From Chloroflexota bacterium (GTDB lineage: Bacteria; Chloroflexota; Dormibacteria; CF-121), in the NCBI GenBank assembly GCA_005882525.1, contig VBGO01000008.1, forward strand, positions 1 to 42,305: a stretch of DNA of 42,305 nucleotides. Direction: 5' to 3'. Position numbers and translations under genes: made by a program. Numbering within the stretch: position 1 is the first letter of the stretch; each line of letters starts with the position of its first letter. A model generated the notes under the pieces. It was not told the origin of the DNA and did not search any database. It saw nothing but the letters and a program-made list of their open reading frames with translations. Shown piece after piece: positions 18,023 through 27,282 of this stretch.

Positions 18023-18649
18023 CTAGGTGGTGGCCGGGACCGCCGTCACGACCACCCGCTTGGTATCGACCCAATTGGGCCAGCAGGTAAAGAGCGTGAG
18101 CCGCACGTCGTTGGTTGGCTTCAAGATCTCCACCGCGGTCGGGGCGACGATCGTCCGGGCGGTCACGTGATAGGCGACCGGGGACTCGCTGGCCCGCGCA
18201 ACCTGAATCTCGTCGCCGGCCTTCAGGTCCTGGAGGCGGCCGAAGACGCTGCCCTCGATGTCGTCGTGGCCGTAGAGGACGGCGTTGCCGCTGCCGATGG
18301 GGGAGGAGTCGGCGTAGTGGGTGACGGCGTACCCCTTGGCGATCAGCATGTTGCCGCCGCTGTCGACGCCCCGGTCGAAGATCGGGGCGTTCTTGATGCC
18401 CAGCCGGGGGATCGAGAGATAGGCGACGACCTGGCTCGGGCCGGCGGCGGCCGCATTCGTTCCCGGAAGGAACTTCGGATGCTGGTGGGGCGGCGATAAA
18501 GGATCAGCGAGCGCCGGGACGGCCTGCGTGACGACGGCCGGCGACCCCAGGTGCACCAGGCCGCTGGCCGGCAGCGCGGTGGCCATCAGGGCCAGGCCGC
18601 CGGTAATCAGCAATCCCGCTATCAGGTTTCGCCTCATCCCTCCCATCAT
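18023..18649 (-). CDS. Sortase-family transpeptidase (membrane anchored)
   Basis: N-terminal anchor MRRNLIAGLLITGGLALMA. Sortase pattern NAVLYGHDD...FGRLQDLKAGDEI and the catalytic TLFTCWP. The start is ambiguous (TTG 18676; ATG 18649, 18646 or 18637). Confidence 0.8.
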   Translation of the reverse strand: MMGGMRRNLIAGLLITGGLALMATALPASGLVHLGSPAVVTQAVPALADPLSPPHQHPKFLPGTNAAAAGPSQVVAYLSIPRLGIKNAPIFDRGVDSGGNMLIAKGYAVTHYADSSPIGSGNAVLYGHDDIEGSVFGRLQDLKAGDEIQVARASESPVAYHVTARTIVAPTAVEILKPTNDVRLTLFTCWPNWVDTKRVVVTAVPATT

Positions 18650-18733
18650 AGTCGGGGGAATCCGCAAACCTGTCAAGACGCCGAACAGGGCGTCGGGAGT
18701 GAACCCCGGCGCCCTGTTTGTCGAACGGTCGGG

Positions 18734-19081
18734 TTAGGCGGCCTTGCGGATCGAGGTCCGGGTGTAGGCCTCGCGGACGGCCTTGGGGAACGACCAACGC
18801 GGCTTCTTGGAAGCCGCCCGGGCCTTCAGCATGATCGACTCGCCGGTGAAGGGATTGGTGCCTTTCCCTGCCTTGCGGGCCTTGACCTCACGCCACGCCA
18901 GCGCACCGATCTGCGGGAAGCGCACCCGCATGCCACGAGCGCCGGCCGCAACGGCCGCCTCGAAGGCATCCTGGACGGCCCAGTTCAGGTCCGACTTCTT
19001 GACCTTGAAGCCCTTTTCGGCCAGGTTCTCGTGCACCAGGCTTACGAACGTCGACGCGGTCCACTTTTGCGTTTTCGCCAT
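18734..19081 (-). CDS. HU/IHF-family DNA-binding protein (divergent)
   Basis: MAKTQK... with an HU-like arm RFPQIGALAWREVKARKAGKGTNPFTGESIMLKARAASKKPRWSFPKAV (compare HU GFGxFxxxxRxARxGRNPxTGxxIxIxA). GGAGG lies 6 nt upstream of ATG 19081. Confidence 0.8.
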   Translation of the reverse strand: MAKTQKWTASTFVSLVHENLAEKGFKVKKSDLNWAVQDAFEAAVAAGARGMRVRFPQIGALAWREVKARKAGKGTNPFTGESIMLKARAASKKPRWSFPKAVREAYTRTSIRKAA

Positions 19082-19190
19082 CGTTTCCTCCGTCAAGTAA
19101 TCCGTCTGGGCAAGCGGCCCTGTCGTCGGATGCAAACGGGGGGGACAACGAAAACGTGCGAAATTGCCGAGAATTTGACCGAAAATTGCG

Positions 19191-19655
19191 ATGATGCCTC
19201 AACTACGGTTCGAGGGCCAGCTCGAGTCGGACAAGGAGGCGCACTTCATCAGGGTGCCCGCCGCGGTGGTGACGGCGCTCGGCCAGCGCAAGCGTGTGCC
19301 GGTCAAAGTGAGCATTAATGGCTATGCCTACCGGACCACGATCGCGGTGTACGGCGGTCACCACTACCTGGGGGTGAGACGCGAGATCCGCGAAGCGGCC
19401 GGTGTCGCGGCCGGTGACCGGCTCACGGTTGGCCTGGACTACGATGCCGAGCTGCGGACGGTCGACCTGCCCGACGACTTGCGGTCCGCGATCGAAGCCG
19501 ACGCCGGGGCTGCCGCCGCCTTCGAGATGCTCTCCTACACCCGAAAGAAGGAACTCGTTCAGTGGGTGAGCCAGGCCAAGCGCCCAGAGACCCAGCGGCG
19601 GCGGATGGCTCAGGCGATGGAGATGCTACGCGGCCGCCCGGCGAAGCGTCGGTAG
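19191..19655 (+). CDS. DUF1905 / YdeI-OmpD-associated family protein
   Basis: HFIRVPAAVVTALGQRKRVPVKVSINGYAYRTTI (DUF1905) followed by FEMLSYTRKKELVQWVSQAKRPETQRRRM (YdeI C-terminal motif). Confidence 0.8.
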   Translation: MMPQLRFEGQLESDKEAHFIRVPAAVVTALGQRKRVPVKVSINGYAYRTTIAVYGGHHYLGVRREIREAAGVAAGDRLTVGLDYDAELRTVDLPDDLRSAIEADAGAAAAFEMLSYTRKKELVQWVSQAKRPETQRRRMAQAMEMLRGRPAKRR

Positions 19656-19659
19656 CCCG

Positions 19660-19842
19660 TCAGGCAGCCTCGCGCTGCCGCAGTGCATAGGCGATCCGAT
19701 CGTCGAGCAGCCACTCTTCCTCGAGGTCCAGGACGCTGAGCAGCAGCTCTTCGTGGATGTCCTCGAGTTCGCGGCGCCGCTCGATCCCCTCCGCATCCAG
19801 CGGCAGTGGAACGAGCGCCTCGAACTGTCCGGAGGCATCCAT
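19660..19842 (-). CDS. Hypothetical small acidic protein
   Basis: 60-aa acidic helical ORF downstream of the acyl-CoA ligase on the same strand. It has no convincing SD and belongs to no known family. Confidence 0.3.
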   Translation of the reverse strand: MDASGQFEALVPLPLDAEGIERRRELEDIHEELLLSVLDLEEEWLLDDRIAYALRQREAA

Positions 19843-19958
19843 GGTTGGGTCACATCCTGCTTGCCTCCGTTCTAGCGCGAGAGCATTAAGGGTGCATGAG
19901 CGATGTGCCCGCGCCAGCGATCCGGCTCACGATTGTGGCTGCTTTGTGACCCCGCCGT

Positions 19959-21584
19959 TTATTCCGAAGGCGCCGCGGCGGCCGGCGCTTTCAGCGCCCG
20001 CTCCCGGAGGACCTTTTTGTCGAACTTCCCGACGCTCGTCTTGGGGATCTCATCGATGAAGCGCACCTCATCGGGGAGCCACCACTTCGCCACCAGCGGC
20101 CGGAGGAAGTCGAGGATCTCGTCCTGCGATACCGAGCCTTTGAACTCCGGTTTGGCAACCGCGTAGGCGACCGGGCGTTCCTGCCATTTCGGATGTGGCA
20201 CCCCGATCACGGCGGCTTCGAGCACCTTCGGGTGGCCCATGATGGCGGACTCGAGCTCCACGGAGGAGATCCACTCGCCGCCAGACTTCACCAGGTCTTT
20301 GGTTCGGTCCACGATCGCGATGTAGCCCTCCGGGTCGACGTTCGCCACATCACCGGTCCGCAGCCAGCCGTCGGCGGTGAAGCGATCGGCATCGACGCCG
20401 CGGAAATAGCTACCAGTGACCCAGGGGCCGCGAACCTGGATTTCGCCCACGCTCTTGCCATCCCATGCCACCGACTCACCGGTCTCGACGTTGGCCAGCC
20501 GGAGCTCGATCCCGGCCAGCGGCATGCCCTGCTTGAGCCGGATGGCCTTGCGATCCTGATCCGTCAACTGGCTCTTGATCGTCGCGCACGCCGCCACGGG
20601 CGAGGTCTCGGTCATCCCCCATCCCTGGTTGGTGTCGATACCGTGACCGGTCAGCCCGTCGTACAGTCCCGCTGACAGCGCCGAGCCACCGACGAACATG
20701 CGAAGGCCGTCCAGGTTGGTTCCCGTTTTGTCCAGGTACTGGAGCAGCGGGATCCATACGCTGGGCACCCCGGCGCTGAAGGTGACACCCTCCTCCCGGA
20801 TGAGCTCGGTGAGGCTGACCGGGTCGAGGAACCGGTCGGCAAACACCTGCTTGGCGCCCAGCATGGTGGCCGCGTAGGGGAGACCCCAGGCGTTGGCGTG
20901 GAACATCGGCACGATGGGGAGGATGCTGTCGGCCTCCTGGAGACCAATGCCGCCGCCGATGGCGATGCCGAGCGAGTGGAGCACGGAGGAGCGGTGGCTG
21001 TAGACGACGCCCTTCGGCTTCCCGGTCGTCCCCGACGTGTAGCACATGGCGGCGGCATCCCGCTCGTCCAGTTCCGGCCACGGGTAGACGGACGGACGAC
21101 CGGCGAGCAGCTCCTCGTAGGAGCTGAGCGGCGTGAGCTCCCCGTTGGGCGATGGGCCATCGGTCATGACGACGAACTGCTTCACCCCTTTGAGCTGTTT
21201 CGCGATTCGCTGGAGGGCCGGCAGCAGGGAAGCGTCAGCGAAGATGACTTTGTCGTCAGCGTCGTTGATGACGTAGGCAAGGTGCTCGGGGAAGAGCCGT
21301 GGGTTCAACGTGTGCAGCACCGCGCCGGAGCAAGGTGCTGCAAAGTACAGCTCGAGGTGCCGGTGGTTGTTCCAGGCGAGCGTGCCGACCCGCTCGCCTT
21401 CGCCCACCCCGAGGTCCTTGAGCGCGTGCGCCAGCTGCGCCACGCGCCGGCCAAAATCGGCATAGGTGTACCGGTGCCGGCCGGCTTCCCGCTTGGTGAC
21501 GATCTCCTTGGACGGGAACAGCGTGGTCGAACGCCAGAGGAAGTGCTGGAGCGTCAGCGGGAAGTCGGGCATCGTGCTGCGCAT
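19959..21584 (-). CDS. Long/medium-chain fatty-acid--CoA ligase (AMP-dependent synthetase)
   Basis: AMP-binding motifs [33 protein letters not shown] and [17 protein letters not shown] lies 11 nt upstream of ATG 21584 (the alternative TTG 21593 is too close to the SD). Confidence 0.9.
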   Translation of the reverse strand: MRSTMPDFPLTLQHFLWRSTTLFPSKEIVTKREAGRHRYTYADFGRRVAQLAHALKDLGVGEGERVGTLAWNNHRHLELYFAAPCSGAVLHTLNPRLFPEHLAYVINDADDKVIFADASLLPALQRIAKQLKGVKQFVVMTDGPSPNGELTPLSSYEELLAGRPSVYPWPELDERDAAAMCYTSGTTGKPKGVVYSHRSSVLHSLGIAIGGGIGLQEADSILPIVPMFHANAWGLPYAATMLGAKQVFADRFLDPVSLTELIREEGVTFSAGVPSVWIPLLQYLDKTGTNLDGLRMFVGGSALSAGLYDGLTGHGIDTNQGWGMTETSPVAACATIKSQLTDQDRKAIRLKQGMPLAGIELRLANVETGESVAWDGKSVGEIQVRGPWVTGSYFRGVDADRFTADGWLRTGDVANVDPEGYIAIVDRTKDLVKSGGEWISSVELESAIMGHPKVLEAAVIGVPHPKWQERPVAYAVAKPEFKGSVSQDEILDFLRPLVAKWWLPDEVRFIDEIPKTSVGKFDKKVLRERALKAPAAAAPSE

Positions 21585-21746
21585 CGCGGTCAACGCCTCC
21601 TATGACCGGGTCTGGCCGGCCGGGACATTTGGCGGTCGCAATACTACCCATGATATGCTTCGTCGTGGGCGGAGGCAGCCCGGTCATGGCACGCCCCGAA
21701 ATCGCAGCGGACCGGGGATAACTTTGCGAAGGAGCTAGCGGCAGAC

Positions 21747-21950
21747 GTGGCGCAGAACGGTACGATCAAGCGACTCGTGATGGATCGAGGATTCGGATTC
21801 TTGAGCGGCGAAGACGGCAAGGAGTATTTCTTTCACCGGTCGTCTGTCGAGGGCTCGTTCGAGGGGCTGCAGGAGGGGCAGAAGGTCAGCTTCGACGTCG
21901 AAGCATCAGCACCCAAAGGGCCGCGCGCCTCTCGGGTGCGCGTCGCCTAA
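21747..21950 (+). CDS. csp: Cold-shock domain protein (CspA family)
   Basis: RNP1-like DRGFGFL and RNP2-like EYFFH motifs. GTG start with GAAGGAG 12 nt upstream. A ~150-nt 5' leader is present, as is common for csp genes. Confidence 0.9.
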   Translation: MAQNGTIKRLVMDRGFGFLSGEDGKEYFFHRSSVEGSFEGLQEGQKVSFDVEASAPKGPRASRVRVA

Positions 21951-21975
21951 AAGACTCACAACCTAGAATCCAAAG

Positions 21976-22003
21976 GGCCCCGGGCAACGCCGAGGCCTTT
22001 TTT
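21976..22003. terminator. Candidate bidirectional intrinsic terminator between convergent csp and arsM
   Basis: GGCCCCGG-GCAACG-CCGAGGCC (8-bp stem, one mismatch) followed by TTTTTT on the plus strand. It lies between the stops at 21950 and 22009. Confidence 0.45.
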
Positions 22004-22008
22004 CTTCT

Positions 22009-22779
22009 CTAGGGTTTGGTCGCCCGGATGTAGGCGCTGGCAATCTTTCCGGCGCCATCGGGCAGTCCCGCCTCTTGCGGTCCGAAGGTGTTGGTGACCT
22101 CGATGGCAACCGTCTCGAAGCCGGCATCGCGAACGGCCGCCTGGTAGGCATCAACCGGGATGGTGCCGGCCACACAGCCGGCCCACGCATCGAGGGACGA
22201 TTTGACCGATGGGGCCAGCGTCTCCACCTCGACCATGTCCGACACGGCCAGCCGTCCACCCGGCTTGAGAACGCGGAACGCCTCCTTCAACACCGCCGCT
22301 TTGTCGGCGGCGAGGTTGATCACACAGTTGGAGATGACGACGTCGACGGCCGCGTCGGACAGGGGAACCGCCTCGATCGTGCCCTTGAGGAAAGTGGCAT
22401 TCTCGACGCCCGCTCGCGCCTTGTTCTCGTTGGCCAGGGCGAGCATCTCGTCGGTCATGTCCACGCCGTAGGCGTGCCCGCCAGGGGAAACGCGCCGAGC
22501 CGACAGCAGGACGTCCAGGCCGGCGCCGCTGCCCAGGTCGAGCACGACCTCGCCGGGATGCAGCTGGGCCAGCATCGTCGGGTTGCCACAGCCGAGGCTC
22601 GCGCCCAGCGAGAGGCCAAGATCTGAAATCTCCGCGCTGGAATACTCCTTCTCACCGATCGGACCACTGATCGCATCGGTCCCACCGCAGCAGCTCGAAT
22701 CGCAACAGTTCCCGCCATCCCGCATCTTGATCGCGGTCTGCGCATAATGCGATCGAACCGAGTTCTGAATGGTCTCCAT
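22009..22779 (-). CDS. arsM: Arsenite S-adenosylmethionine methyltransferase
   Basis: N-terminal Cys cluster GGNCCDSSCCGG. SAM motif VLDLGSGAGLDV. Conserved VISNCVINL (third As-binding Cys) and LKPGGRLAVSD. Confidence 0.9.
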   Translation of the reverse strand: METIQNSVRSHYAQTAIKMRDGGNCCDSSCCGGTDAISGPIGEKEYSSAEISDLGLSLGASLGCGNPTMLAQLHPGEVVLDLGSGAGLDVLLSARRVSPGGHAYGVDMTDEMLALANENKARAGVENATFLKGTIEAVPLSDAAVDVVISNCVINLAADKAAVLKEAFRVLKPGGRLAVSDMVEVETLAPSVKSSLDAWAGCVAGTIPVDAYQAAVRDAGFETVAIEVTNTFGPQEAGLPDGAGKIASAYIRATKP

Positions 22780-22800
22780 CACTGACCCCTGTTAGGATAG

Positions 22801-22849
22801 ATTGACGGTTGTCGATGGAAGTCTAGCAGACGCATAGACACTTGTCAAT
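22801..22849. promoter_or_regulatory. Candidate ArsR operator / divergent promoter region
   Basis: Imperfect inverted repeat ATTGACGGTTGTC (22801-22813) and GACACTTGTCAAT (22837-22849). It shares ATTGAC..GT.GTC arms and sits in the 87-nt arsM/arsR intergenic region. TTGAC -35-like hexamers occur on both strands. Confidence 0.3.
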
Positions 22850-22869
22850 GGAGCTGCTAGACTGGTCCG

Positions 22870-23208
22870 GTGAAAGCGACCCTTCCCGACCGTGTGAAAG
22901 GGGTCAGTTCCCCGCCATCGATCCCACTCCCCCGGGCTAAAGCGGATGCGTCAGTCGGGGTGCTCAAGGCGCTCGCGGATCCCACCCGGCTGCAGATGAT
23001 GGGGATGCTCAAGCGATCGCCGAAGGCGGTCTGCATCTGTGACTTCACGGCCGCCTTCGAGCTCAGCCAGCCGACCATCTCCCACCACATGGCGAAGCTT
23101 CGCCAGTCCGGCCTGGTGGAGGTCACCAAGATCGGGATCTGGGCCTATTACCGGCTGAGTGCCCGCCTGGACGCGAAGACTCGCGCCCTCCTGGACGTAC
23201 TGGTCTAG
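22870..23208 (+). CDS. arsR: ArsR/SmtB-family metalloregulator
   Basis: LKALADPTRLQMMGML, metal-site CICDF, and HTH LSQPTISHHMAKLRQSGLV. Confidence 0.85.
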   Translation: MKATLPDRVKGVSSPPSIPLPRAKADASVGVLKALADPTRLQMMGMLKRSPKAVCICDFTAAFELSQPTISHHMAKLRQSGLVEVTKIGIWAYYRLSARLDAKTRALLDVLV

Positions 23209-23212
23209 CCGG

Positions 23213-23608
23213 ATGGCGCGTGTCCTCTTCGTCTGTCTGCACAACGCCGGCCGTTCGCAAATGAGCCAGGCGCTCTTCGAACGCGTCGTACAAGGCCGGC
23301 ACGAGTCGCGGTCGGCGGGGACCCGCCCGGCCGAGGCGGTCCACCCGGTCGTCCTCGACGCCATGCAGGAAGTTGGGATCGACGTGTCGCAGCACCGGCC
23401 GCAGAAGCTCACCGACGACCTGGCTCGATGGGCGGACGTGGTCGTCACGATGGGCTGCGGCGACGAATGCCCCTACATTCCCGGCAAGCGCTACATCGAT
23501 TGGGACCTCCCTGACCCCGCTGGCAAGCCCCTCGCGGAGGTGCGAAAGACCCGTGACGAAATTGGCCGGCGGGTGAGCGATCTGCGCGCGATGCTCGACC
23601 TCCACTAG
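23213..23608 (+). CDS. arsC: Arsenate reductase, LMW-PTPase (thioredoxin-coupled) type
   Basis: VLFVCLHNAGRSQM P-loop (CX5R) and the downstream Cys pair MGCGDECP. The ATG lies 4 nt after the arsR stop. Confidence 0.9.
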   Translation: MARVLFVCLHNAGRSQMSQALFERVVQGRHESRSAGTRPAEAVHPVVLDAMQEVGIDVSQHRPQKLTDDLARWADVVVTMGCGDECPYIPGKRYIDWDLPDPAGKPLAEVRKTRDEIGRRVSDLRAMLDLH

Positions 23609-23648
23609 CCAGCCGCATACTTCCGCACGGGCGCGCTGTTACTAACGT

Positions 23649-25205
23649 GTGGACGCCCTCCACGAGTGGCAGCAGCCTGCCCTGCCGAGCCTCGACCGCG
23701 ATCCCGACCGTGAGTTCAAAGCCCGGGTTCGGACGCACTACGATCGGCTCGCCGCTGGCCGCGATCGCTGGTACCGCCGCAACCGGAGCTACCACGACTA
23801 CCTGGAACGTGCCCTACGGAGGCTCGTTCCACCCGGGCGGTCGGTCCTGGAACTCGGCTGTGGGACCGGAAACCTGCTCAAGGCGCTCCAGCCGGCACGC
23901 GGGGTGGGGATCGACCTCAGTCCCGCCATGGTCGACCTCTCGCGCCAGAAGTATCCGGAGATGCGCTTCGAGGTCGGTGACGCGGAGGCCGTCGAGGGCG
24001 ATGAACCGTTCGATGTGATCGTCGCCTCCGACCTGATCGGCGAGCTCCTCGATATTGCCGCCATGCTCGACCGGCTGCACGCCATCAGCGCCGCCGAGAC
24101 CCGCCTGATCCTCACCTTCCACAACCCTGCGCTGGAGGGGCTGCTTCGCGTGGCGCAGCGCGCCGGCCTCACCATGCCGCCCGCCCGCCAGAACTGGATC
24201 GGCCCGAACGACGTCACCGGCCTTCTCGAGCTCTCCGACTTCACGGTGGAGCAGGTGCACAGCGGGCTGCTGCTCCCGGCCCTGCTTCCGGCGCTCAACC
24301 GGATTGCGGACGCGGTCCCGGCCCGCGCACCGCTCATCGGTTATTTGAACGCGGTCACGATCGTGGTGGCGCGGCCGCGGCGGCCGCGGCCGCAACTCTG
24401 GCCGCTCAGCTGCAGCGTGATCGTCCCCTGCCGCAACGAGGTCGGCAACATCGAAGCCGCCGTCAGCCGGATGCCATCGATGGGATCGCACACCGAGATC
24501 GTGTTCGTCGATGGTGCCTCTTCCGACGGGACCGGAGAGCGAATCGAGGAAATGCGTCGCCGGTTCGCCGGCAGGAAGGACATCCGCCTGATCCATCAAG
24601 TTCCAGGACCCCGGCCTGTGGTTTTGGCGTCGGTCGCGCCTGACGCCCCGGTGGCGATGCTTAAGCTCGGCAAGGGCGATGCAGTCCGCAAGGGATTCGA
24701 GGCGGCTCGCGGCGACGTGCTGATGATCCTGGACGCCGACCTGACGGTCCCGCCCGAGGACTTGCCCCGGTTCTTCAATGCCATCGCCAGCGGCAAGGCC
24801 GAGTTCGTCAATGGCAGCCGCCTCCTGTACCCCATGGAGGAACGAGCGATGAAGTTCATTAACTACCTCGGTAACAAGCTCTTCAGCAGCCTCTTTACCT
24901 GGCTGTTGGGGCAAGCGGTTCGCGACACGCTCTGCGGCACCAAGGCCGTCCGTCGGGAAGCCTACCGGCGCATTGCCGATGGGCGAGCCTATTTCGGCGA
25001 GTTCGACCCCTTCGGAGACTTCGACCTTCTATTCGGTGCCGCCCGCCTGGGCCTGCGCATCGTGGATGTGCCGGTCCGCTACCGGCGGCGGCGGAACGGG
25101 GTCACCAAGGTGCGCGTCGTCCGTCATGGCCTGCTGCTCATGGCAATGTCGCTCGTCGCCTTCCGCAAATTCAAACTCAGTAAGTGGATGCATACGTGGC
25201 GATGA
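23649..25205 (+). CDS. Fusion protein: class I SAM-dependent methyltransferase (N-terminal) plus family-2 glycosyltransferase (C-terminal)
   Basis: N-terminal VLELGCGTGNLL...FDVIVASDL (SAM motifs I-II). C-terminal CSVIVPCRNE...IVFVDGASSDGT...ILDADL...GTKAVRREAY (GT2 DxD and polyprenyl-phosphate-sugar-synthase-like pattern). GTG start. Confidence 0.85.
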   Translation: MDALHEWQQPALPSLDRDPDREFKARVRTHYDRLAAGRDRWYRRNRSYHDYLERALRRLVPPGRSVLELGCGTGNLLKALQPARGVGIDLSPAMVDLSRQKYPEMRFEVGDAEAVEGDEPFDVIVASDLIGELLDIAAMLDRLHAISAAETRLILTFHNPALEGLLRVAQRAGLTMPPARQNWIGPNDVTGLLELSDFTVEQVHSGLLLPALLPALNRIADAVPARAPLIGYLNAVTIVVARPRRPRPQLWPLSCSVIVPCRNEVGNIEAAVSRMPSMGSHTEIVFVDGASSDGTGERIEEMRRRFAGRKDIRLIHQVPGPRPVVLASVAPDAPVAMLKLGKGDAVRKGFEAARGDVLMILDADLTVPPEDLPRFFNAIASGKAEFVNGSRLLYPMEERAMKFINYLGNKLFSSLFTWLLGQAVRDTLCGTKAVRREAYRRIADGRAYFGEFDPFGDFDLLFGAARLGLRIVDVPVRYRRRRNGVTKVRVVRHGLLLMAMSLVAFRKFKLSKWMHTWR

Positions 25206-26092
25206 CCGAGGGGAGCCACGGCTGCCCCGTCTGTCGGGACGCCCGGCGGCAAGCCGTCGTCACCCAGAACGGGCTGGGAGTGGTTCGCTGCCTGCGTTGT
25301 GGCCAGCGCTATGTGTGGCCGATTCCGTCCGACGCGGACCTGGCCGCCATCTATGACCCCGCCTACTATCGCGGGGGGCACGGATCCGTCGGATTCAGCG
25401 ATTACGCCGCCTTGACGCCAGCCCGTCGCCAGATGTTCTCACGCCACCTGGATCGGATCGAACGGCTGCACGCAAAAGGTCGGGTGCTCGACGTGGGCTG
25501 CGCGACGGGCGACTTCCTGCTGGTGGCCGCGCGACGCGGTTGGGAGGCGCTCGGCGTCGATCCCTCGCCGGCGCGCGAGCAGGCGCAATCCGCGGGCCTG
25601 CGCATCGTCGGACGTACCATCGACGACGCCGACGTCGCGCCGCATAGCCTCGACCTGATCACATTCTGGGACGTCCTCGAGCATCTGCCGGACCCGGTCG
25701 CCAGCTTGCGTCGCGCTCAGGAGTTGTTGACCCCGGGTGGTCTGGTGGCCGCCACCGTCCCCAACGCCGGCACGGCCGTTGCCCGGCTGAGCGGGAGGCG
25801 CTGGTTCGGCTACAAGACGGCGGGCGAACATCTCCAGTTCTTCGACCCGGCCACCATCAGTCGGTGCTTTGAGGCGGCCGGCTTCCGCGTCGCGGTTCGC
25901 CGCCCGGTGGCCTGGAGCTGCACCATCGGATTCCTGATTGACCGTGCCGCGCTGTACCTCGGCGGCCCCGGCCGGATCGTCCACCGGGCGCTGAACGGTC
26001 GCCGGTTGACCAGGCTCGTCGTCGACGTCCCGCAGGTCAATCAGTTCGTCGCGGCTCGGCCGGTCTCGGTCATCGGCTCGCTGGCCGCATGA
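25202..26092 (+). CDS. Class I SAM-dependent methyltransferase with N-terminal CxxC...CxxC zinc ribbon
   Basis: CPVCRD...CLRCGQ ribbon. VLDVGCATGDFL (motif I), ITFWDVLEHLPDP, LTPGGLV. The ATG overlaps the upstream stop (ATGA at 25202-25205). Confidence 0.85.
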   Translation: MTEGSHGCPVCRDARRQAVVTQNGLGVVRCLRCGQRYVWPIPSDADLAAIYDPAYYRGGHGSVGFSDYAALTPARRQMFSRHLDRIERLHAKGRVLDVGCATGDFLLVAARRGWEALGVDPSPAREQAQSAGLRIVGRTIDDADVAPHSLDLITFWDVLEHLPDPVASLRRAQELLTPGGLVAATVPNAGTAVARLSGRRWFGYKTAGEHLQFFDPATISRCFEAAGFRVAVRRPVAWSCTIGFLIDRAALYLGGPGRIVHRALNGRRLTRLVVDVPQVNQFVAARPVSVIGSLAA

Positions 26093-27282
26093 GGTCCGTG
26101 GTGGTGGCGCTCCGCAGCCGGCAACGGCTGACGCTCGTCCTACTGATTGCGCTGGCGATCAACCAGATTCGGATCGCGATGGAAGGTTGGGGTAGCTTCG
26201 TCCTTCGACATCCGGGCTTCGCCGACTTTGGGAACTATTACCTCTACGCACTGGTCGGCCTGCACCAGGGATGGAGCCGGTTGTACGACCTGGCCGCGCA
26301 GCAGCAGGAATGGCTGCGCCTCGGCGGATCGGACGTCATTCCCTGGTTTCCGATTATTTATCCGCCACCGCTGGCGTGGCTGGTCGTGCCCTTCACCCTG
26401 CTGCCCATGCCGCTGGCCTTCGCCTGCTGGGCAGCCCTGCTCTTCGGACTCGTCCTGTTGACCTGCCGGCTCGTCGCGCTCGAGCAGACACGGCTGGCCC
26501 GCTGGACGCCGGTCGTTGCGGTGCTGGCGGTCTTCCCCGTGCTCTATGCGCTCATCCTTGGCCAGGTGCTCATCCTCGAGCTGGCCGCCCTTGCCGCCGC
26601 CTGGTGGCTGGTCTCGAAAGGCCGCGAGATTCCAGCCGGCATCCTGCTGACCGTGCTGGTCTTCAAGCCGCAGGTCGCCATCCTCGTCCCGGTGGCGCTG
26701 CTGCTGATCGGTCGTTGGCGGACGGTCGCCGTCTGGGTCGCCGGATCGGCGCTGATCGCTGCGGTCGCCCTGATGACCACCGGGGTCGATGGCCTGCGCG
26801 ACTACGCGTCTCGTCTTTCCGGTGCGGCGGCCACGGCGCCAGAATTCCTGGTCCCCACCCAGTTCACGCTCGGCGGCTTCATCGGCCACGGGATGGTCAG
26901 GCTCGCCGTCGCCGGGCTGCTGATCGCTGTGACGGCGGCCGTGGCCTACCGGCACCGGCATGAGGCTCCGGCGATACCGATCGCGTGCGCTCTGATCGGC
27001 TCGATGCTGGTGACGCCGTATCTTCACTCGCAGGACCTGGCCACTCTCCTGCTCGCCGGAGGAATCGCCGTGCATGGCCGGCTTGATCGGTGGCAGTACG
27101 GTTTGCTGTCCGCCGGCTACCTGCTGCTGCTGGCGATTTCCTACTGGGGTTTTGGTGGTTGGGGTTCGATTCTGGGCGCGGCGCTGCTCGTCAGCGAGAC
27201 GGTCTGGCTACTGGCTGCGCTGCGGGTTAGAACCCCGGGCGACGCGGTGCGGCGGACGGAAACCCTGGGCCAGGTTGCCTAA
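26089..27282 (+). CDS. GT-C fold polytopic glycosyltransferase, GT87/DUF2029-like
   Basis: About 10 TM helices. It carries the conserved early loop motif typical of DUF2029 mannosyltransferase-like proteins (DFGNYYLYA...FPIIYPPPLAWLVVPF). ATGA overlap with the upstream gene (26089-26092). Confidence 0.8.
   Translation: MRSVVVALRSRQRLTLVLLIALAINQIRIAMEGWGSFVLRHPGFADFGNYYLYALVGLHQGWSRLYDLAAQQQEWLRLGGSDVIPWFPIIYPPPLAWLVVPFTLLPMPLAFACWAALLFGLVLLTCRLVALEQTRLARWTPVVAVLAVFPVLYALILGQVLILELAALAAAWWLVSKGREIPAGILLTVLVFKPQVAILVPVALLLIGRWRTVAVWVAGSALIAAVALMTTGVDGLRDYASRLSGAAATAPEFLVPTQFTLGGFIGHGMVRLAVAGLLIAVTAAVAYRHRHEAPAIPIACALIGSMLVTPYLHSQDLATLLLAGGIAVHGRLDRWQYGLLSAGYLLLLAISYWGFGGWGSILGAALLVSETVWLLAALRVRTPGDAVRRTETLGQVA

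Noticed and set aside
7140-18718. Two hairpins share AACAGGGC...GCCCTGTTTG arms (7140-7169 and 18684-18718). Each has CTGTCAAG nearby. This raised the possibility of a REP-like repeat family.
   Set aside because: Only two copies exist, and their loops and spacing differ. They are adequately explained as gene-end hairpins followed on the minus strand by TTGACA -35 boxes for the next genes (KGG-repeat gene, sortase). This is not enough to call a repeat family.
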